DNA of 49,305 bases from Pseudomonadota bacterium (GCA_027623875.1 JAQBUS010000001.1:1-49305), one strand, 5' to 3'. Shown: positions 7,645 to 16,671, counted from the stretch's first letter. Notes: generated from the sequence alone by a model not told the origin. A program made the numbers and translations.

Positions 7645-7673
7645 ATATTAATAATAATAATAAAATAGTCCAA
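7645..7673 (-). promoter_or_regulatory. sigma70-type promoter TTGGAC-17nt-TAATAT
   Basis: Read on the minus strand, with a 17-nt leader to the ATG at 7627. Confidence 0.45.
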
Positions 7674-7681
7674 AAAATCAA

Positions 7682-7855
7682 CTATTTTTCTTCTTTAGCC
7701 TCAAAGGCTGCTTTTAAATCCTTTATAACTTCAATTTTTTCTGCCTCCGACAACCTTACATAAGATTTTTTAAACCTTCTTAGCAACCTCTTCTGCTGTG
7801 GGTGACCCTCGTAGTTCATTATTTTTTTAATTTCTTTTACTTTTGATTTGTTCAT
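7682..7855 (-). CDS. small hypothetical protein (57 aa)
   Basis: Translated by hand: MNKSKVKEIKKIMNYEGHPQQKRLLRRFKKSYVRLSEAEKIEVIKDLKAAFEAKEEK. Its ATG overlaps the guaC stop as ATGA. Confidence 0.4.
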   Translation of the reverse strand: MNKSKVKEIKKIMNYEGHPQQKRLLRRFKKSYVRLSEAEKIEVIKDLKAAFEAKEEK

Positions 7856-8865
7856 ACTTTAATATACTTTACATCTTGAAGACTTAGTAGGTTTTTGCCT
7901 CCCGAATAGCTTACGGCGCTTTTTAAATCTTCATCAATTTCAATAAGCTTGGTTTTGAAGTTCATTCCGCAGGAGGGAATGTTCCTTAGGGTGCCCTCTA
8001 TGTGGGCTCTTGTTTTTTTATTCTCAAAGCTAGCCGAACCGTAATAAGCCTTGTGAGGCGTACCATTAATCTCAATAGAGTGAGAAGGACTGTCAGAACA
8101 GCATGCAAATAAGCCTCCAGCCATAACTAAGTCCGCTCCCGCAACCAAGGCTTTGGCCGCGTCTCCATTGCAACAAACCCCTCCATCCGCAATGATTTTA
8201 ACTTTTTCAGGTAGTTTGTAGTCCTCCTTTAATGAAGCGTTTGAGAACATGAAGCCATCGTCTTTGTCAAATAAAACTTTTGAGCAGGACTCAACGCAGG
8301 TGAACATAGGAATTGTGAAACCAGTCTTATCCTTTGTGGTGCAAGGGCTACCCTGCCCAATCCCCACTTTAACATAATCAGCTCCCCACGCAGAAAGATC
8401 AGCTACAGCCTCTGGCTTCGCCACATTGCCAGCAATAATACAAACGTTTTCTAAGCTTGACTTGCAAATCTCAATCATTTCCTTCATTGATTCGCAATGC
8501 CCATGAGCAATGTCAATGGTTATATAGTCAACTCTAGATTTAGAATTCCTAATGCTTTTTATAATATCCTTGTCCGCACCCTTTACGCCAAGACTTATTG
8601 AGATAGTTTTCCAATTTTCCTCGTTAGCCTCTTCTATGAATTTTTGAATATCAACATCAAATCTATGCATGATGTAGAAATAATCATTATCACTCATCCA
8701 TTTGCAATGCCTCACATCTATAACAGACTTCATATTGGAAGGTATAACTGGAAGTTTGAACTTTTTACCTCCTATTTCCTTGGAAACATCACAATCAGAC
8801 CTAGACCTAACAATAGAAAAATTAGGAACCAAGTTTACATCGGAATACTTTAAATATTTACTCAT
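7852..8865 (-). CDS. guaC: GMP reductase (GuaC, IMPDH/GMPR family)
   Basis: 337 aa. The N-terminus (YSDVNLVPNFSIVRSRSDCDVS...KFKLPVIPSNMKSVID...YFYIMHRF) closely parallels Bacillus-type GuaC. Catalytic loop is GIGQGSPCTTKDKTGF. Confidence 0.85.
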   Translation of the reverse strand: MSKYLKYSDVNLVPNFSIVRSRSDCDVSKEIGGKKFKLPVIPSNMKSVIDVRHCKWMSDNDYFYIMHRFDVDIQKFIEEANEENWKTISISLGVKGADKDIIKSIRNSKSRVDYITIDIAHGHCESMKEMIEICKSSLENVCIIAGNVAKPEAVADLSAWGADYVKVGIGQGSPCTTKDKTGFTIPMFTCVESCSKVLFDKDDGFMFSNASLKEDYKLPEKVKIIADGGVCCNGDAAKALVAGADLVMAGGLFACCSDSPSHSIEINGTPHKAYYGSASFENKKTRAHIEGTLRNIPSCGMNFKTKLIEIDEDLKSAVSYSGGKNLLSLQDVKYIKV

Positions 8866-9146
8866 ATTTTTAAGTTTTTAAGCACGTCTTCACATAAATT
8901 ATCAATAAACTCCCCACTAATTCTAGTGTAATATTTATCCCTTACAACATGGTAAAAATTTTCATTCTCAATAATAATCACTAAGCTAGCCTTAGATAAA
9001 AGATCTCGACCATATTTTTCTATAAAAGCTTTCTCCAGACCATCAAGGATGAAGTCCTGAGTCTGGTTAAAACCAAAGGTGAAATTTAAATTTTCAGCTT
9101 TTTCTATTAAAATCATGACATGTGGTGGTAGGCTACATAAAGACAA
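8862..9146 (-). CDS. hypothetical protein (94 aa or shorter)
   Basis: ORF only. The track start at 9146 is TTG; the first in-frame ATG is at 9116. Confidence 0.35.
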   Translation of the reverse strand: MSLCSLPPHVMILIEKAENLNFTFGFNQTQDFILDGLEKAFIEKYGRDLLSKASLVIIIENENFYHVVRDKYYTRISGEFIDNLCEDVLKNLKI

Positions 9147-9183
9147 AGTGCGACATAACCAATAGCTATAAATAATTCATTCA

Positions 9184-9723
9184 TTATCTAAATTCCTTTC
9201 TTAGTAATCTCCACCTATCAGAGTCTATTGTTTTAGTTCCACTATCTATAGCATACAGCATTTCAATAATTTCGTCAAGGTTATTATAAATATATTTATG
9301 AGGGAACATTCCTAACATCCATAGCGGAGTCTTTGACTTTCCGCCCTCCATACTGACGAAGACAGGCTTCTTCATACGAACCGCCGTCACAATTTCCTCT
9401 GCAGACCCCCAACTCGCAACGTCTGGAACTAAATGCGCAATTATAAAGTCAGAACGGTCTACTAGATTAAGATCGTAAGCGCGCACAGTTTTCATTCTAT
9501 CAGTAACTCTGTCGTACTGTTTTGTTTTCATCCAAGTCTCCATCTCTACTCGAGTGGCCTCGTCTTCCTCAACGTCCTTCATGAAGGGTTTATTATAAGG
9601 GTTGAAGCAGGTTATCGATAAAGAACTTAGTTTTTCAGTGACTTCAGCTCTCCAGTCTCTACCGCTAAGGTATTGCATATGACCTACTAAGTAGGTTTTT
9701 GTTTTGAATAGTAGGTTGCTCAT
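9184..9723 (-). CDS. nucleoside 2-deoxyribosyltransferase-like protein
   Basis: 179 aa. Pattern KTYLVGHM...DWR...(D)RSDFIIAHL...WGSAEEIVTAVRMKKPVFV is typical of the NDT-like Rossmann superfamily. Confidence 0.45.
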   Translation of the reverse strand: MSNLLFKTKTYLVGHMQYLSGRDWRAEVTEKLSSLSITCFNPYNKPFMKDVEEDEATRVEMETWMKTKQYDRVTDRMKTVRAYDLNLVDRSDFIIAHLVPDVASWGSAEEIVTAVRMKKPVFVSMEGGKSKTPLWMLGMFPHKYIYNNLDEIIEMLYAIDSGTKTIDSDRWRLLRKEFR

Positions 9724-9731
9724 TTCCTATA

Positions 9732-9760
9732 ATAGTAACATGAAATCACTTTATAGTCAA
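9732..9760 (-). promoter_or_regulatory. sigma70-type promoter TTGACT-17nt-TACTAT
   Basis: Minus strand reads gcTTGACTataaagtgatttcatgtTACTATtataggaaATG, with the ATG at 9723, 8 nt after the -10 box. Confidence 0.6.
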
Positions 9761-9776
9761 GCATATATTTGTAAAA

Positions 9777-10211
9777 TGGTGGAGGTGGCGGGAATTGAAC
9801 CCGCGTCCCAAGCATCTTCAAGCGCTCACATCTACAAGTTTAGTTAATTTTTTTTATAGTTATGATATTAACATCCAACTCCTTGTTACCATTATACTCA
9901 GTGGACTACAGTTTATTAACAAGTAAACCTTTTCTGTTTTTGCAGATAGATGACCCCTTATCCCCTTTATCTGCGTCAAGAAGTAAGAGGTGACAGCTCT
10001 ACGCTGCCATTGGAAGCTCTTCAGCCTCGTAGAGAGCAGTGGCGTCCTCAATTAATTGAGAGACTGCGTACTCCTCACGAGCGGCTTCAAGAAGCTCCTC
10101 TATGCTATTATAGCCTTCGCCAAATATAGCTTTTGCATCTTTTTAGGGAGCCTGATGCTTCTCCCACTTGCAGTGAACGAATCCAACCCTAGTCGAATCC
10201 AGTACACCCCC
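9777..10211 (-). ncRNA. ssrA: tmRNA (ssrA), one-piece
   Basis: 5' end GGGGGUGUACUGGAUUCGAC... and 3' end ...GGACGCGGGUUCAAUUCCCGCCACCUCCACCA. The 7-bp acceptor stem includes a G3:U pair (the AlaRS identity element). T-arm is GGGUUCAAUUCCC. An internal reading frame ends ...PMAA-UAG. Confidence 0.9.
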
Positions 10212-10234
10212 AAAATTTTTCAAAGAACAACTAT

Positions 10235-10263
10235 ATAATACACTAGATATTGTTTTTTGTCAA
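10235..10263 (-). promoter_or_regulatory. sigma70-type promoter TTGACA-17nt-TATTAT for the tmRNA
   Basis: Minus strand reads gcTTGACAaaaaacaatatctagtgTATTAT, followed by 23 nt and then the mature GGGGG 5' end. The -35 box and spacer lie inside the 3' end of the Clp ATPase gene. Confidence 0.6.
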
Positions 10264-12732
10264 GCTTTTCTGCGATAAATGAATGACGCCGTCATCACTT
10301 ATGTCGAACATGGCGATATCACCACTTGATATTTTCTTCCTTAGGATTGCCTCCGCTAGAATTGGCTCTACCTTATCCTTTAGTATGTGAATAATGGGTC
10401 TAGCACCCAGGTTCATAGACTGAGCTTCCTTGATTAAGGAATTGATCAAATTTAAAGATAACTCTAGTTTTATTTTCCTATTTTTTATTCTTTTGTTTAG
10501 GTTGGCAATTTCAATGTCAAAAACTTTACGAAAATCATTATCATTAAAATCTTGAAATATTATTATGTCATCAAGCCTATTAACAAACTCAGGAGAAAAG
10601 AAAGCTTTAGACTTTTCTAGAATTTTATCGCGAGTGATTTCCTCGGAAGAGGATTGAGAAAAACCTAAGGCTCCTCCCGATTTTTCTATAATATCGCTAC
10701 CCAGATTACCTGTTAAAATAATAAAACAATTACTAAAGTCAGCCACCCTACCAAAATTATCAGTTAATTTTCCCTCCTCTAAAACTTTAAGTAAAACTTG
10801 AGTAACTTCAGGATGAGCCTTTTCTATTTCATCAAATAGTATTACGCTATAAGGGCTTTTTCTAACCTTATCTATTAATGCGCTACCCTCATCATAACCA
10901 ACGTAACCAGGAGAAGCTCCCACTAACTTTGAGCTGCTAACTTTTTCAGAGAATTCACTCATGTCGAATTTAATAACCCTATTCTCGCCTCCAAAGATAA
11001 ATTTAGATATTTTTTTAGCGGTTAAAGTTTTACCAACCCCTGTTTTACCTAAAAATAAGAATGAAGCTGTTGGTTGAGATGGATTATTTAAACCTGAAGC
11101 GAACCTAATAACTGATTTGTAAATCTTGTCAACAGCCTCGCTCTGACCTATAATTTCTTTGTTTAAATTTTTCTTTAAATTCAAATATTTATTTTCACCA
11201 GAAGAAGATATGATGGATATTGGTATACCGGTTTTTATAGATATAACCTCTTCAATGTCAGACCGATTTACATATATAGTATTATCTAATATAGACTGCT
11301 GCCATTCATCCAAGATGACTTGATACTTCTCGAATAATTCATCTTGACATTCCTCCAGAACCCTCTTTCTTTCTGGATCTGTTGTTAGTTGTTCTTGCTC
11401 CATTATAGACTCAATGGCCGATTCTAAACTTTTAGCTTCATTAGGTCTTTTGAAATTTCTAACTTTAACTTTTGACGCCGCCTCATCTATTAAGTCAATA
11501 GCTTTATCTGGTAGATTTCTGTCTGTCAAGTACCTACTGCTCAAGTCTACTGAAGCTTTTAGGGCGTTTTTCCTATATTTAATTTTATGAAAAGATTCGT
11601 ACTGATCGCTTATATTAAGCAAAATTTCATAACACTCCTTAGTTGAAGGCTCATCTATAATGACGGACTGGAACCTTCTAGCTAGAGCGCCATCTTTAGA
11701 TATAGATTGCTTATACTCCTTTAAGGTTGTCGCGCCAATACATCTAATTTCACCTCTAGCGAGCATAGGCTTAAGCATGTTTGCAGCATCCATGCTTCCT
11801 TCGGCGCTTCCCGCGCCAATTAAGGTGTGTATTTCATCTATAAATAAAATATTATTTTCGTCTTTTTTAATCTCATCTATAACCCCCTTTAATCGCTCCT
11901 CGAATTGCCCCCTATATTTAGTACCAGCAACTAAATGGCTTAAATTTAAAGCGTACACCTGCTTACCTAGAAGAAAATCAGAGACTTCTCCGTTGATTAT
12001 TCTTTGAGACAAACCTTCGATAATGGCAGTTTTACCCACTCCAGCTTCACCAAGTATTATTGGGTTGTTTTTAGTTCTCCTGCATAAGATTTCAACAACT
12101 TCAGATATAGCTTCATCCCTACAGACTACTTTGTCAAATTTACCAGAAGCAGCAAGATCCGTAAAGTTTACAGAGTATTTAGATAGGAATTTTTCACTAT
12201 TTGAAGGGGGGATATGTAAACCCGCATCCTTTGCGGACTTTAAACGCCTATTCTTTTTAGCTTTTTTAACATCAACCATCCTGTCTATAGAGTCGCCCTC
12301 AAGGGTAGACCTTACCCGTTGAGAAATTGCGTCACAGTCCAAATTGTACTCTTCAAGTACATGAGACAAACCTTTAGTTTCTAACAAGCTTATTAAAACA
12401 TGCTCTACCCCTACGTAAGCGTGACTATAAAACTCAGCAAGTTCAGCGGACTTTCTCAATACGCTTTTGAAACTTTTAGAAAAAGTTATCTGCTCAGGGT
12501 TGAAATTTACATTAGGTTTTAAATATTCATTAAAATAATCGTCATCGAAATTCTCTGGATCTTCGACAGCTTCAGCTAACAAGGAGTTCTGAACTTTAAA
12601 AATGCCAAGTAATAAATGCACAGGCTTAACTGAGCTATTTTTGGATTTTGCCGCCTGTTCTTTAGCTAACTTAATAGCTTGCTGAACTCTAGGAGTGAAA
12701 TTTGGTAAAGCTTCCATGTTATTCAACGTCAC
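10243..12732 (-). CDS. ClpA/ClpC-type double-AAA+ unfoldase with Clp_N domain and ClpP-docking loop
   Basis: 829 aa. Two Clp_N repeats. Walker A motifs GEAGVGKTA and GKTGVGKTL. The D1 signature (GQFEERLK...IDEIHTLIGAG...ARGEIRCIGATT...ALARRFQ) is present. Only a short middle region. SGGALGFSQSSS aligns with the ClpA IGL / ClpC VGF loop that binds ClpP and is absent from ClpB. Confidence 0.85.
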   Translation of the reverse strand: MTLNNMEALPNFTPRVQQAIKLAKEQAAKSKNSSVKPVHLLLGIFKVQNSLLAEAVEDPENFDDDYFNEYLKPNVNFNPEQITFSKSFKSVLRKSAELAEFYSHAYVGVEHVLISLLETKGLSHVLEEYNLDCDAISQRVRSTLEGDSIDRMVDVKKAKKNRRLKSAKDAGLHIPPSNSEKFLSKYSVNFTDLAASGKFDKVVCRDEAISEVVEILCRRTKNNPIILGEAGVGKTAIIEGLSQRIINGEVSDFLLGKQVYALNLSHLVAGTKYRGQFEERLKGVIDEIKKDENNILFIDEIHTLIGAGSAEGSMDAANMLKPMLARGEIRCIGATTLKEYKQSISKDGALARRFQSVIIDEPSTKECYEILLNISDQYESFHKIKYRKNALKASVDLSSRYLTDRNLPDKAIDLIDEAASKVKVRNFKRPNEAKSLESAIESIMEQEQLTTDPERKRVLEECQDELFEKYQVILDEWQQSILDNTIYVNRSDIEEVISIKTGIPISIISSSGENKYLNLKKNLNKEIIGQSEAVDKIYKSVIRFASGLNNPSQPTASFLFLGKTGVGKTLTAKKISKFIFGGENRVIKFDMSEFSEKVSSSKLVGASPGYVGYDEGSALIDKVRKSPYSVILFDEIEKAHPEVTQVLLKVLEEGKLTDNFGRVADFSNCFIILTGNLGSDIIEKSGGALGFSQSSSEEITRDKILEKSKAFFSPEFVNRLDDIIIFQDFNDNDFRKVFDIEIANLNKRIKNRKIKLELSLNLINSLIKEAQSMNLGARPIIHILKDKVEPILAEAILRKKISSGDIAMFDISDDGVIHLSQKSLTKNNI

Positions 12733-15274
12733 TTAATTTCATGAATATTTTCTCATTCAATTTTGAAATATTATCAATAAAAAGTATATCGTCACCTTTA
12801 CTTCCAGTTAATGAGATTATATCGTTCTTCTCTGGAGGTTTATTTCCTGCGTTTATGTATTCTGAGAACTTGCTGCCCCTCCTATTATCACACATCATCG
12901 CCCCGTACTTTCCATACTCATCCGATATTAACAATTTTAAATACTTATTCCCATTTCTACTAGTGCTTCTAAAGGACTCTTCAACAACTCCAATGAATTT
13001 ACCACGATCTCCCTGAGGCATTGAATAATACCTTAAGGAATCGTAAAGCTCTCCACTATCTTTGAATACATTTTTTAATTTGTAACTGTAACTGTACCCT
13101 AATAACTGTTTCTCAAAATACCAGCTAGCAAATTTCTCAAACTTTTTATTTTGAAGGTATATACCCTTGTATTTGACATATTTTTTTCTAAAAGTCTCAA
13201 ATCTAGACTCTTTCATTAATAATTTTCCATCGTCAGCTATCAAGCCTTCTTTAGCAGCAGCTATAATGTCCAAAAGCCTATACTCGTGCCTTTCGCCAAA
13301 TATCATAACGTTTCGCTTCTCCCTATCAGTTAATAAATTGAAAGACTGAGCTTCTAGGACGGTTAGGGATCTTGAATCCTTGGAGGATAAAGCTCCAGCC
13401 TGTATTAATGCCGACAGTATTCCAATGTTGAGTCCGGCCTGCTTAGCTGAAACGAATATATCAAACTTATTGGGATTTTTAGATTTCCTAAAACTTCTCA
13501 AAGCGTTTAAGGACTTCTCACTGACACCTTTAATACTATTTAAACCAAATCTTATATTGAAACCCTCTTTCGAAAAGTCCATATTTGATAAACCTAGGTC
13601 CGGAGGAAGCAATTTCATGTCAAAGAAGGAAAGTTCTTGAGTTATGCTATTTATCTCCTCTTGAGGAGACGGTTCAAACTTGGTCATTTTTAACAAGCTT
13701 AAGAAGAATTGCTGGGGATATTTGAATTTTAAGTAAGTTGTCCAAGCTGAAAGAGTTGCATAAGCTATTGAATGACTCTTATTAAACGAGTAATTCGCAC
13801 TATCTTCAGCAACCTTCCATAGGATATCTCCAACGTCTTCCGGTATTTTGTTTTCAGAAATTTTTTGCTCAATCTTAATTTTCCAAGCAGGCATCTGGTC
13901 CACTTTTTTCTTACCAACTATTCTTCTTAATTGTTCAGCTTCATCAAGTGTGAAGCCTACCTTGACAGCCATCTTCATTAATTGTTCCTGATAGAGGGGT
14001 ATCCCTCCGGTATAATCAAGTATATCGTTAAAGAAATCATGTATATTTTGACGTTCTCCAGATTCAATATAACTCGAATAGCTATCCAAAAACTCCAACG
14101 CACCAGGCCTGGCAATTGCTATCACCGCACTTAACTCCTCCAAGCTCTTGGGTTTAACTTTCCTGCAAACTCTAAAGTTGGTATCGGCTTCAATTTGAAA
14201 TAATCCTTGAGGACATCTAAATTCGTTGGATAGAGGTTTGTATATTTCAGGATCGTCCAAATCTACATCATAAATATTAATATTTAAATCGTTACAAACG
14301 TCATAAATAACACTCAGAGTCCTCAAACCTAGGATATCAAATTTCACCATAAGCTCCGAAACCCAGTTCATGTCGTACCCAGTTACGAAAGATCCATCGT
14401 TAGCTAATTGAACTGGACATATTTCCGAAATCTCTTGGTACGCGATAGCTATTCCAGAGGGATGAACTCCTGTGTTTTTGTTTAAACCTTCTATTTTTTT
14501 AGCTATCAAATAGATAAAATCATTTTCGTCAGCCCACTCCTTGAATCTAGGACTTTCCTCGTAAGCTTCGCTCAGGGGTGAGATTTTACCAAACTTTTTA
14601 GGAATCATATCGCTGACAGCGTTAACATCCTGTTCGGCTTTTTCTCCCACTATCTTTCCGCATTCTTTAATGCATAGTTTTCCACTTAATGTATTCAGCG
14701 TTAATATTTTACAAGTTCTAGATGGGTGTTTCTGTTCAATATATTCTATAACTTTCTGCCTATGCTCATAAGCTATGTCATTGTCCACGTCAGCAAGCAA
14801 GCTGCCGTCTAGATATGTCACCCCATCTTTAATGGTTTTTTTAGCTCTACTCTTAGACACAAACCTCTCAAAAAATAATTCATACCTAACGGAATCAATA
14901 TCAGTAACTCCAATTAGAAAAAGGACTAACGAACCAGCCGCAGAACCCCGTCCCGGACCAACTGGTATGTCATTCTCACGGCAATAATTAAGAATATCCC
15001 AGTTGAGAAGAATATAATCAACGAAGCCCAAATCGTTAAGTGTGTCAAGCTCCATCTTGAGCCTTGAAATGTATAACTTTTTATTACAGAATTCATTAAT
15101 CCCCTTTTCCTTTAAGCCTTTCTTGCATAAGTGTTTTAAAAAATCAAAATTAGAGCAACCTTCTTTTGTAGACAATTCCTTGTAGTGCCTCTTTTCTATT
15201 TTAATCTCAGGAAGCCTAACTCCCGGCGGAACGCAATTATTATAAGCCTTAAAATCTTCAATGAAACTTTTCAT
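12719..15274 (-). CDS. dnaE: DNA polymerase III alpha (DnaE-type) catalytic core: palm/thumb/fingers/OB, lacking its PHP domain
   Basis: 851 aa. Hallmark motif GPGRGSAAGSLVLFLIGVTDID. Also LPPDLGLSNMDF, and a C-terminal OB-like region (GKFIGVVEESFRSTSRNGNKYLKLLISDEYG). It starts at the position where the palm domain begins in full-length DnaE. Confidence 0.85.
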   Translation of the reverse strand: MKSFIEDFKAYNNCVPPGVRLPEIKIEKRHYKELSTKEGCSNFDFLKHLCKKGLKEKGINEFCNKKLYISRLKMELDTLNDLGFVDYILLNWDILNYCRENDIPVGPGRGSAAGSLVLFLIGVTDIDSVRYELFFERFVSKSRAKKTIKDGVTYLDGSLLADVDNDIAYEHRQKVIEYIEQKHPSRTCKILTLNTLSGKLCIKECGKIVGEKAEQDVNAVSDMIPKKFGKISPLSEAYEESPRFKEWADENDFIYLIAKKIEGLNKNTGVHPSGIAIAYQEISEICPVQLANDGSFVTGYDMNWVSELMVKFDILGLRTLSVIYDVCNDLNINIYDVDLDDPEIYKPLSNEFRCPQGLFQIEADTNFRVCRKVKPKSLEELSAVIAIARPGALEFLDSYSSYIESGERQNIHDFFNDILDYTGGIPLYQEQLMKMAVKVGFTLDEAEQLRRIVGKKKVDQMPAWKIKIEQKISENKIPEDVGDILWKVAEDSANYSFNKSHSIAYATLSAWTTYLKFKYPQQFFLSLLKMTKFEPSPQEEINSITQELSFFDMKLLPPDLGLSNMDFSKEGFNIRFGLNSIKGVSEKSLNALRSFRKSKNPNKFDIFVSAKQAGLNIGILSALIQAGALSSKDSRSLTVLEAQSFNLLTDREKRNVMIFGERHEYRLLDIIAAAKEGLIADDGKLLMKESRFETFRKKYVKYKGIYLQNKKFEKFASWYFEKQLLGYSYSYKLKNVFKDSGELYDSLRYYSMPQGDRGKFIGVVEESFRSTSRNGNKYLKLLISDEYGKYGAMMCDNRRGSKFSEYINAGNKPPEKNDIISLTGSKGDDILFIDNISKLNEKIFMKLSDVE

Positions 15275-15275
15275 A

Positions 15276-15914
15276 TTAAACTTCTACCTCCCACAATAGT
15301 TTTTTAAATACTTGGTAATTTTTAAATATATCATAAAGGGCATCGTGAAGTTTTCCCTCGTCGAAATCTATACTATAATCCACGCATAACTGTTTCAAAC
15401 TGGTTTTCAAACCCTTTTTCCTGAAGTTTTGAAGTTTATATTGCCAAGATAAGAAATCTGAGCCGTTAAGATCTATGCCTTCTTTCTTAGCTCTAGCTAG
15501 GCAGTTTGTATCTATAGTTCTATCCATGTAGGAATAGTCAGAACTCTTCCCGCATAATATTCTGTGGATATTATGTATATAAACGTCAAACCCAATTATA
15601 TTATGACCAACCACGTAGAAGCTATCATCATAAAGATACTTGTCAAAGTCCTCTAAAACCCTCAGAGGGTCTACCGCTCTTTTTTTATAAACACTTTCTT
15701 TAAAGCCTGTGATCCTTTTTGCGTCGTCAGATATTGGAAGACTGTCCCATTTTAAATAAAAATCATTCTTCTCTATTATTTCGTCGTTTTTTATTACTAA
15801 ATAAGCTAACTGCCAAGGTTTGTTGTTTAGCGACGCCAGATTTAAACCACAGGTTTCGTAGTCAAATATGACGTAATTTTTATTTTTATCAAATCTTAAT
15901 AAGTGATTATTCAT
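15276..15914 (-). CDS. DnaQ/epsilon-like 3'-5' exonuclease (DEDDh)
   Basis: 212 aa with ExoI VIFDYETCGL, ExoII VVGHNIIGFDV and ExoIII HDALYDI. There is a 1-nt gap to the polymerase core gene and an 8-nt overlap with the PHP gene. Confidence 0.8.
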   Translation of the reverse strand: MNNHLLRFDKNKNYVIFDYETCGLNLASLNNKPWQLAYLVIKNDEIIEKNDFYLKWDSLPISDDAKRITGFKESVYKKRAVDPLRVLEDFDKYLYDDSFYVVGHNIIGFDVYIHNIHRILCGKSSDYSYMDRTIDTNCLARAKKEGIDLNGSDFLSWQYKLQNFRKKGLKTSLKQLCVDYSIDFDEGKLHDALYDIFKNYQVFKKLLWEVEV

Positions 15915-16665
15915 TTACATACTCCTTCCAACTTTCAATACAAAATTCTCTACTACCTAAATGATCTAAGCCGGGATTTGATAAAGAGCGCTTCCTTCCA
16001 AAGGAACGATTGCATATGCATTTATAAGTCTGAAACGCTTCGACATCTTTTCGGGATTTATAATAAATCGTTTTAGCTTCTTCGTTTAAAAAACCATTTT
16101 CATCGCAAAATTTTAAAACTTTAGATTTAAGAAGATTATCAAACGGCAAACCGTTATCTTCAATAAAAAAAGTTGGACTACAAAAAGAGAAATCTGGAAT
16201 GCAGTTTCCGAAAGTCAAGCTGTTGCGATGCAAGAAGGAATCATAAAAGGGCACGGCTAATTTGAGATGATCCTCGCTCCATAAATCTTTTAGCAATTTG
16301 CAATTCCCAATCCCATTGAACTCGCAATTAATTTTGCTGTAAATTTTATTTAAAAGAGTGCAGCCTTCGTCATCCTTTGAGAAGATAATTATTTTATGTA
16401 TAGAGTCGTCCCCTTTCTCTGATTTTGAAAGAGACGAAATCTCAAATCTCAATCCAAAGATTAGCTGAATACCTAAACTCTCCGAATTGTTCTTAGCTTC
16501 CAAGAAGCCAATTGGAGCGTCCTCTACTAGGATCACAGTCTTGAGATCTTCTTCTTGAGCTATTTCAAAAATAGAATCCGAAGATCCCTCCTTGGTCGCC
16601 CCGGGAGGAGTGAGAGTGAGGATGCTTTTCCCCACGCTATAATGAGACTTAAATAAAGGTTGCAT
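15907..16665 (-). CDS. stand-alone PHP-domain fragment of DNA polymerase III alpha (metal ligands degenerate)
   Basis: 252 aa. The N-terminus LFKSHYSVGKSIL sits where DnaE has F-x-H-L-H-x-H-S-x-Y-S-L-L-D-G, and the His-x-His ligands are missing. Its position immediately upstream of the exonuclease and core genes supports the call. Confidence 0.6.
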   Translation of the reverse strand: MQPLFKSHYSVGKSILTLTPPGATKEGSSDSIFEIAQEEDLKTVILVEDAPIGFLEAKNNSESLGIQLIFGLRFEISSLSKSEKGDDSIHKIIIFSKDDEGCTLLNKIYSKINCEFNGIGNCKLLKDLWSEDHLKLAVPFYDSFLHRNSLTFGNCIPDFSFCSPTFFIEDNGLPFDNLLKSKVLKFCDENGFLNEEAKTIYYKSRKDVEAFQTYKCICNRSFGRKRSLSNPGLDHLGSREFCIESWKEYVNE

Positions 16666-16671
16666 GACTAT

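Noticed and set aside
9777-10211. The tmRNA as a chromosomal ssrA with a genomic island integrated next to it, which would make the window bacterial.
   Set aside because: There is no integrase and no duplicated ssrA 3' end (att repeat). Both flanks show the same strand polarity, promoter type and phage-like gene content, and all replication genes are atypical phage versions.
9860-10238. ORFs 9860..10051 (-) and 10056..10238 (+).
   Set aside because: Both lie inside the tmRNA gene. The tRNA-like ends and acceptor pairing explain the region better than 60-aa peptides.
10243-12732. A ClpB disaggregase annotation for the 829-aa AAA+ protein.
   Set aside because: The middle region is short, with no long ClpB coiled-coil insertion, and an LGF ClpP-docking loop is present where ClpB has none. 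It is therefore called ClpA/ClpC-type.
12719-16665. An intein, an intron or sequencing frameshifts as the cause of the interrupted DnaE.
   Set aside because: Each piece has its own ATG, and the stop/start overlaps are typical of coupled genes. The intervening ORF is a complete DEDDh exonuclease, not a homing endonuclease or intein. Assembly indels cannot be excluded without reads.
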